A program made the position numbers and the translations under genes. A stretch of 64,000 nt of DNA from Rhodospirillaceae bacterium (GTDB taxonomy: Bacteria > Pseudomonadota > Alphaproteobacteria > MPNO01 > UBA2964), in assembly GCA_002709075.1 (NCBI GenBank), contig PAPV01000014.1, forward strand, positions 479 to 64,478, given 5' to 3'. The number at the start of each line of letters is the position of its first letter. The stretch's first letter is position 1. Of the stretch, positions 58,195 through 64,000 are shown piece after piece. The notes under the pieces are model-generated. The model was not told the DNA's origin. It was given only the letters and a program-made list of their open reading frames with translations, and searched no databases.

Positions 58195-58792
58195 GGTAAT
58201 TTCTCAATACTTTGTGATACATATTAATGTCTCCATTTGCTTCGGCCCTCGAAATTGCATGCAGCGCATTGTAACTATGTAAAGCCGGAATAGAATCTTT
58301 CATATCCATGTTAATTTATATATTTTCTTAATCCATCGATTACCTCCCGGCTTTTTACTCATGGCGGGTTTTTGAATTCTTTTTCCTGTGGATTGGTTTG
58401 ACGAAGTTTCCAAATCCAATACAAAACCTTTTAAAGTTTAGATAGTTACCATGCAGATGTATTGACTCAATCTTAAATAAATTCGCATTTAAGTTAAAAA
58501 TAAAGATAAAAAAATTAAAGTAATTACAATTTTTTTGTTTATCTCCTTGACATCGATGACATCATGTTATCCCATCCCGATAATAAGAGATAGTTTGAGT
58601 TCGTAAAATGTTTGGTTCGGAATTTTAAACAGCGAAGTAGTCTTGAATGGGCTTTCCCGTGATTGTAAATACATTTGATTCGGTGGATAGATTCGCTTTC
58701 TACATGAGTGTATATTGTTTATAATAAAGTTTGAAATATTTGCGCAGATGACTACTCGTTAGACTAGTTTAACCAGAAAGCAGGCGAAGATT

Positions 58793-60946
58793 ATGGAAAC
58801 CGCTGTTCTTCCTGATATTTCATTGGCCGCAGCCGCTTGGGATGCTCTTGGTATTTTATTCTCCTGGGAGAGAATGGGATTCTTAGTTCTAGGTGTTTTG
58901 ATCGGTCTGATTGTGGGTGTTATTCCTGGGTTAGGTGGGCTTGTGGGGCTATCGCTTCTACTCCCATTCACCTTCGATATGAACCCTTACACCGCATTAG
59001 CCTTTCTTATGGGACTTCAGGCGGTGACGGTGACATCCGATACAATTCCTGCAGTAATGTTTGGAGTGCCAGGTACAGTTGGGTCAGCCGCAACTATACT
59101 TGACGGCTACCCAATGTCGCGAAAAGGAGAATCTGGACGTGCATACGGAGCAGCCTTCTCTGCATCCGTTATCGGAGGTTTGTGGGGGGCATTGTTATTA
59201 GGCGTGAGTATTCCAATTTTGCGTCCTGTTATGTTGCATATTGGTTCACCCGAACTTTTATCGTTTTGTATATTTGGGTTGTCTCTTGCCTCCGTTTTAT
59301 CGGGAGGTTCTTTGTTAAAGGGCTTGGCCGGTGCATGTTTGGGAATTTTAGTGAAAACAGCTGGCGATGATCCACAAACGGGCACACTGAGATGGACCTT
59401 TGACTCACTCTACTTATGGGATGGCCTGCCTGTCGTGCCGCTTGCTCTGGGACTTTTTGCTATCCCTGAATTGGCAGATTTAGCCATACAGCAAAAATCC
59501 ATAGCGGACGATGACCAAATAAAAGAGGGACAAAAGTCGGGTTCGCAGTCTGGTCATCGAAAGGAGCAGCTGGTAGGCGTTGGTGATGTTTTCAAAAATT
59601 GGTGGTTGGTGATCAGGTGTGGGACGATCGGTGCTGGCCTCGGTGCAGTGCCTGGCATAGGGGCATCTGTTGTCGATTGGATTGCTTATGGTCATGCTGC
59701 GCGTACTGAAAAGGGAGCGGCTCAGTCCTTCGGAAAGGGTGATGTCCGTGGGGTTATTGCATCTGAGAGTTCTAATAATGCTAAAGAAGGGGGTGCATTG
59801 GTTCCAACGATCGCTTTTGGAGTTCCGGGATCGGCCTCCATGGCACTGATTCTTGGTGCGTTCCTCATACATGGTCTTGTGCCTGGGCCTGAAATGGTAA
59901 CTAAGAAACTTGATGTAACGTATACAATGGTATGGTCAGTGGCGTTTGCAAATATAATTGGTGCAGGCATTTGTTTTACATTTGCCGATCAATTGGCAAA
60001 GCTTGCTTTAATCCGGCCAGGTTTGCTTGTTCCCATAGTTCTGGCGGTAGTTTTTGTTGGTGCGTTTCAGGGTTCACGTCAATGGGGCGACATTTACGCG
60101 CTTTTGGGTTTTGGTTTGCTAGGGTTCATAATGAAGCGCTTGCGTTGGCCACGCCCTCCTCTTGTTTTAGGATTTGTTTTGGGAGGCCTTATTGAGCGGT
60201 ATATGTTTATCTCAGTTGAACGCTACGGTGCCCAATGGGCGTATGACATAACTGAATTTCCTGTTGTGGTCATTATGTTTGTAATTACTATTTACGGTAT
60301 CGCATTCCCTCTAATAAGGGATATCCGGGAACGTCGTAAAGCAGTTCGTGAGGGCAATGCTGAGATAGTTACAAAGAAATACGGCTTTAGGCGGGAGGGG
60401 CTCGACTACGACCTAGCCTTCACTGTCGGTTTGATGATCTTGTTTGTTGTCGAGCTTTATATAGCTTCCACATGGGAATTTGGAGCGCGATTGGTTCCTC
60501 AAGTAATGGGATATACAGCACTTTTGGTATTATCGGGTATTTGTTTTACCAAATTGTTTGTAAGTCGTGAAGTAAAGGTTCCAGATCATATTGACCCTGC
60601 CGAAATAGAAGCGAAGACAGATGTGCATTTTGATATAGTGGTAGATTTTGGGGATTTACCGATACCGACTATATGGAAACGTGCTTTTGCTTATTTTGCG
60701 TTTTGCGGAGGGTTTTTTCTTGGTGCATCAATCATCGGTTTACTCCCGGCTATGTTTTTCTTTCTGGTTATTTATATGAAAACCTGGGGCAAAGCGAGTT
60801 GGGCAGTGACACTGGGGATAGCTATTCCTCTTTGGGCATTTTGTTATGGATTATTCCACCACATCTTGATCATTCCCTGGCCGCAAACCGTTGTTGGAGA
60901 TGCATTCCCAATATTAAGGACGATGAATAATATTAACTTATTCTGA
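58793..60946 (+). CDS. tripartite tricarboxylate transporter large permease TctA with C-terminal TctB-like extension (fusion)
   Basis: 717 aa versus about 500 for TctA; GLIVGVIPGLGGLVGLSLLLPFTF TctA signature; last ~200 aa add about 4 TM helices resembling TctB. Confidence 0.7.
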   Translation: METAVLPDISLAAAAWDALGILFSWERMGFLVLGVLIGLIVGVIPGLGGLVGLSLLLPFTFDMNPYTALAFLMGLQAVTVTSDTIPAVMFGVPGTVGSAATILDGYPMSRKGESGRAYGAAFSASVIGGLWGALLLGVSIPILRPVMLHIGSPELLSFCIFGLSLASVLSGGSLLKGLAGACLGILVKTAGDDPQTGTLRWTFDSLYLWDGLPVVPLALGLFAIPELADLAIQQKSIADDDQIKEGQKSGSQSGHRKEQLVGVGDVFKNWWLVIRCGTIGAGLGAVPGIGASVVDWIAYGHAARTEKGAAQSFGKGDVRGVIASESSNNAKEGGALVPTIAFGVPGSASMALILGAFLIHGLVPGPEMVTKKLDVTYTMVWSVAFANIIGAGICFTFADQLAKLALIRPGLLVPIVLAVVFVGAFQGSRQWGDIYALLGFGLLGFIMKRLRWPRPPLVLGFVLGGLIERYMFISVERYGAQWAYDITEFPVVVIMFVITIYGIAFPLIRDIRERRKAVREGNAEIVTKKYGFRREGLDYDLAFTVGLMILFVVELYIASTWEFGARLVPQVMGYTALLVLSGICFTKLFVSREVKVPDHIDPAEIEAKTDVHFDIVVDFGDLPIPTIWKRAFAYFAFCGGFFLGASIIGLLPAMFFFLVIYMKTWGKASWAVTLGIAIPLWAFCYGLFHHILIIPWPQTVVGDAFPILRTMNNINLF

Positions 60947-60962
60947 ATTTTTCCTAATGATA

Positions 60963-60998
60963 AAAGAGCACTGGTTCTCATAAGAACTAATGCTCTTT
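60963..60998 (+). terminator. putative intrinsic terminator after tctA fusion gene
   Basis: AAAGAGCA (60963-60970) pairs with TGCTCTTT (60991-60998), inner GTTCT/AGAAC pairing; T-rich tract follows after a short gap. Confidence 0.4.
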
Positions 60999-61094
60999 AT
61001 TGGTCTTTTTACTGCACGTAGATACGTTTAATCGCAATTTAATTATAACAAATTATTGATTTTTGCGTGTTGAAGTATTTTTCAGGGGTGTCGA

Positions 61095-62627
61095 ATGATT
61101 GTTAACGAATCCCACGTTTACGAAGTAGAATATGATGTTGTTGTTGTTGGTTTTGGATTTGCAGGTGGAGTAGCAGCCATTGAGGCTCATGATGCCGGAG
61201 CAAAGGTTTTGTTGGTAGAAAAAATGCCTGATCCTGGCGGCATTTCAATTTGTTCTCACGGTGCTATTTGCTCCACTAGAAATTCGGCCGGGGCATTTGA
61301 ATATTTAAAAGCAACAAATGGAGGACGAACCGATGAGAATGTTTTGCGGGCATTAGCAGATGGAATGATGAACAATGAGGCACATGCTCGTAAGCTCGCT
61401 GAACTGACTGGTGGAGAATTTATGATTCGTGAGAGGGGCGGCAATTACCCTTTTCCCGGTGAAGACAGTTTTTATTACACACAAGTTACAAAAATTCCTA
61501 ATTTTGAAGCTGATCAAATTTATCCTCAGGTTAAAGGACGTCCTGGCGGTCCAATGGTATTCTATATGATTCAACGAAATGTAGAAGAACGGGATATCGA
61601 TGTGTGGTTAGACTCACCTGTGCAGGATTTGATTACTGATGCAGATATGAAAGTCTCTGGAGTGTGTGTTAAAACTTCTCAGGGGAAGTGTACGGTTAAA
61701 GTAAAACGTGGTGTTATTTTGGCTTCTGGTGGGTTTGAAGCGAATGAGGAGATGAAAAAACAATTTTGGCAAATTACTCCTGTAACCACAGCAGCAAATA
61801 AGGGTAACACGGGTGATGGAATCAGAATGGCTCAGTCGCTCGGAGCTGACCTATGGCATATGTGGCATTTTCATGGATCATATGGGTTTCTTCATCCAGA
61901 TAAAGAAAAGTTTCCATATGGTATACGAGTAAAACGTTTTCCCGACTGGGTTCCAGGTAAGGAAAGCAGAGCGGTAGTGCAAGCACCGTGGATAATATTG
62001 GATCAGGATGGAAAAAGATTCATGAATGAATTTCCACCATATGTGCAAGACACTGGCTGGCGCGATCTAGAACATTATGATCCAAGTAGGCAGTGTTTTC
62101 CGCGAATTCCGGCGTTATTGATTTATGACGAACTTGGTCGCCGACGTTTCCCAATGGGAGATCCAGCATATAACGAGCGCGAAATGAATTATGAATGGAG
62201 TAGAGATAATTTAAAAGAGATTGATGAGGGAATTATCAAGAAAGCTGATACAGTTGGTGAATTAGCGGCAGCATTTGGGTTTGACTCTCATGTTGCAGAG
62301 ACTTCTATCGGACGCTGGAACGAGCTTTGTGTTCAGAAAAAAGATCAAGATTTTGGTAGACCATCTGGCACTATGATGAAAATACAAAGGCCACCTTTTT
62401 ATGGTGGTTTAATTTGGCCAATTTTGAATAACACCCAGGGTGGTCCTGTTCATGATGAGAAGCAGAGAATTATTAATGTAAATGGTGAGCCAATTTCGGG
62501 ACTTTTTGCGGCTGGAGAAATGGGCAGTTCATTCGGTCACCTGTATCTTGCGGGTGGAAATATAGCAGAATGTTTTGTAACCGGTCGTATCGCTGGAAAA
62601 GAGGCAGCAATGATTACAAATTGTTGA
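61095..62627 (+). CDS. FAD-dependent oxidoreductase (FAD_binding_2; fumarate reductase/KstD/TcuA-like flavoprotein)
   Basis: YDVVVVGFGFAGGVAAIEAHDAGAKVLLVEK dinucleotide fold, C-terminal GLFAAGE motif. Confidence 0.8.
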   Translation: MIVNESHVYEVEYDVVVVGFGFAGGVAAIEAHDAGAKVLLVEKMPDPGGISICSHGAICSTRNSAGAFEYLKATNGGRTDENVLRALADGMMNNEAHARKLAELTGGEFMIRERGGNYPFPGEDSFYYTQVTKIPNFEADQIYPQVKGRPGGPMVFYMIQRNVEERDIDVWLDSPVQDLITDADMKVSGVCVKTSQGKCTVKVKRGVILASGGFEANEEMKKQFWQITPVTTAANKGNTGDGIRMAQSLGADLWHMWHFHGSYGFLHPDKEKFPYGIRVKRFPDWVPGKESRAVVQAPWIILDQDGKRFMNEFPPYVQDTGWRDLEHYDPSRQCFPRIPALLIYDELGRRRFPMGDPAYNEREMNYEWSRDNLKEIDEGIIKKADTVGELAAAFGFDSHVAETSIGRWNELCVQKKDQDFGRPSGTMMKIQRPPFYGGLIWPILNNTQGGPVHDEKQRIINVNGEPISGLFAAGEMGSSFGHLYLAGGNIAECFVTGRIAGKEAAMITNC

Positions 62628-62776
62628 ATACAGTTATCGTTGGTATACCAAAGCACAAAAAGAAAAAAACAGTTATTTTGTCAAATCTTTAATATATAGA
62701 TTTTCTTGGGACTTGTATCCATCGGCAGACTATCATAAAAAAACTGTGTCAGATGCAAATTGAAAAGGTAGTTCAA

Positions 62777-64000
62777 ATGTCTAAGGATAGGGAGTACCCG
62801 GATTTTCAAGATCATCTTAAAACGCTAGAAAATCGTGGTCTCTTGCAACAGATCTCAGAGCCAATAAATAAAGACACGGAAATGCATCCGCTGGTTCGTT
62901 GGCAGTTTCGTGGCGGTATTCCCGAGCCGGAACGCAAAGCTTTTATTTTTGATAACATTACGTGTTCACGCGGGAGGTCATACAATTTGCCAGTTGTGGT
63001 CGGAGCTTTGTCATCAAATCGCGAGATTTATTCGATTGGAATTGGCGCGCCAATCAATGAAATAGGCAGTATATGGTCTAACGCTATCGCAAACCCGATT
63101 GAACCTCGTGAGATTTCTAATGCTTCGTGTCATGAAGTAATCATTGAAGGAAATGATTTGCAAGGAGAAGGTAATGGTTTAGATGCTTTGCCGGTTCCGA
63201 TCTCTACTCCTGGGTTCGATTGTGCTCCTTATTTTACTGCGACTGGATGTATAAGTCAGGATCCAGAAACAGGTATCCAAAATATGGGAACTTATCGAGC
63301 CGGATTGAAGTCTTCAACTAGGATGGCGCTGCGGATGTCATCAAGGTCTGGCGGGGCAGAAGGACATGAACATTGGAAGAAGTATCGGGATCGTAAAGAA
63401 AAAATGCCTATGGCTATTATTCTTGGGGGGCCCCCGGCACTTTGTTATTGTGCACCACAGAAACTTAGAATGGGAGTAAATGAATTATCCGTCGCCGGAG
63501 GATTAGTTGGATCACCAATAAATGTTGTCAAAGGGCATACAGTAGACCTTTTGATCCCCGCAGAAGCCGAGGTGGTGATCGAGGGTTTTGTCGATACGGA
63601 AAATTTAGAACCGGAAGCTCCATTCGGTGAGAGTCATGGTCACATTGCTTTGGAAGACTATAACAACATTATGGAAGTCACTGCTATAACCCATCGAAAA
63701 AATGCAGTTTTGGCATCCATTATCAGTCAGGTTACACCCTCGGAGTCGAGCGTGATAAAGCGCGTTGCGTATGAGCCAATTTGGTACGATCATCTAACAA
63801 ATGGGTTGGGCATTAAGGGCTTAAAACGAGTTTCCATGCATGAACCACTCACAAATATACGGAGAGTGCTGTTTCTCGTATTCGAGCGAGGCGTTGCTAA
63901 CACCGAGATTTGGCGCGCGCTGTATGGTGCTTCAATATTAAATGCTTCAGTAGGCAAGTATATTATTGCTATAAATGAGGATATTGATCCTAACAATGGT
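62777..64000 (+). CDS. UbiD-family decarboxylase (UbiD-4), 5' part; runs off right edge
   Basis: Absent from ORF track because no stop is reached; manual translation from ATG 62777 gives 408 open codons: MSKDREYPDFQDHLKTLENRGLL, NMGTYRAGL, AEVVIEGFV, EAPFGESHGH, IAINEDIDP. Confidence 0.8.
   Translation, partial: MSKDREYPDFQDHLKTLENRGLLQQISEPINKDTEMHPLVRWQFRGGIPEPERKAFIFDNITCSRGRSYNLPVVVGALSSNREIYSIGIGAPINEIGSIWSNAIANPIEPREISNASCHEVIIEGNDLQGEGNGLDALPVPISTPGFDCAPYFTATGCISQDPETGIQNMGTYRAGLKSSTRMALRMSSRSGGAEGHEHWKKYRDRKEKMPMAIILGGPPALCYCAPQKLRMGVNELSVAGGLVGSPINVVKGHTVDLLIPAEAEVVIEGFVDTENLEPEAPFGESHGHIALEDYNNIMEVTAITHRKNAVLASIISQVTPSESSVIKRVAYEPIWYDHLTNGLGIKGLKRVSMHEPLTNIRRVLFLVFERGVANTEIWRALYGASILNASVGKYIIAINEDIDPNNG

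Noticed and set aside
58184-58309. 41-aa minus-strand ORF (MDMKDSIPALHSYNALHAISRAEANGDINMYHKVLRNYHAN) ending 11 nt inside the SDR gene at 57457..58194
   Set aside because: The position suggests a possible upstream leader peptide or gene remnant, but it has no clear RBS or homology. It is noted only.
58349-58378. GC-containing hairpin followed by a T-run on the plus strand (CCCGGC...GGCGGGTTTTT)
   Set aside because: The stem is imperfect, and no plus-strand gene lies upstream for it to terminate.
1224-61574. About 70 short ORFs in the supplied track that lie antisense to, or nested within, the long homology-supported genes (for example 1224..1427, 2624..2923, 4447..4704, 16311..16649, 42562..42957, 52116..52508, 53672..54025, 59480..59872)
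   Set aside because: They are fully contained in genes with strong family signatures and have low-complexity or Ser/Arg/Leu-rich translations. They show no recognisable motifs and no RBS context. They were treated as shadow ORFs.
1-64000. CRISPR arrays, tRNA/rRNA genes, insertion sequences, integrases, prophage or toxin-antitoxin/defence modules
   Set aside because: I saw no spaced direct-repeat arrays, no cloverleaf-like GC-rich segments in the intergenic regions inspected, and no transposase, integrase or phage protein signatures among the ORFs. The absence is based on visual inspection only.

Overview
This is a 64-kb window from a moderately AT-rich bacterial chromosome. The left third (1 to about 18.5 kb) is housekeeping DNA in a gene order typical of Alphaproteobacteria: dapA-smpB, folK, rpoZ-spoT, pdxJ-acpS-lepB-rnc-era-recO, parC, bpt, hemB and metY. 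That taxonomic placement is inferred from synteny only. From about 18.8 kb to the right edge the window is a dense accessory catabolic region. It holds four UbiD-family decarboxylases and no UbiX. It also holds two cytoplasmic 4,5-dihydroxyphthalate-decarboxylase-like proteins, a disrupted amidohydrolase-2 gene, cupins, a PhyH dioxygenase, an acyl-CoA ligase, and gcdH with a family III CoA-transferase and a MarR regulator. Further genes are two-subunit 2-oxoacid:ferredoxin oxidoreductase (korAB), a hydantoinase A/B plus lone molybdenum-hydroxylase large-subunit operon, two isochorismatase-like hydrolases, two SDRs, a fused TctA-TctB transporter and an FAD dehydrogenase. The most interesting element is a tightly packed four-gene module at 44.7-48.3 kb: a Cys-rich 6-hydroxynicotinate-reductase-like protein, an ApbE-fold UPF0280 protein, and two 'amino acid synthesis'/DUF1185 paralogs. 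To my knowledge it has no defined biochemistry. It is transcribed divergently from korAB through a mirrored, nearly identical 23-bp promoter/operator block. The core box, TGTACACAWACAA, recurs in the same orientation upstream of a UbiD gene 18 kb away and of the hydantoinase/Mo-hydroxylase operon 10 kb away, suggesting one regulon. I recognised no rRNA, tRNA, CRISPR array, transposase, integrase or prophage genes. All family assignments come from motif recognition by eye and need HMM or BLAST confirmation.
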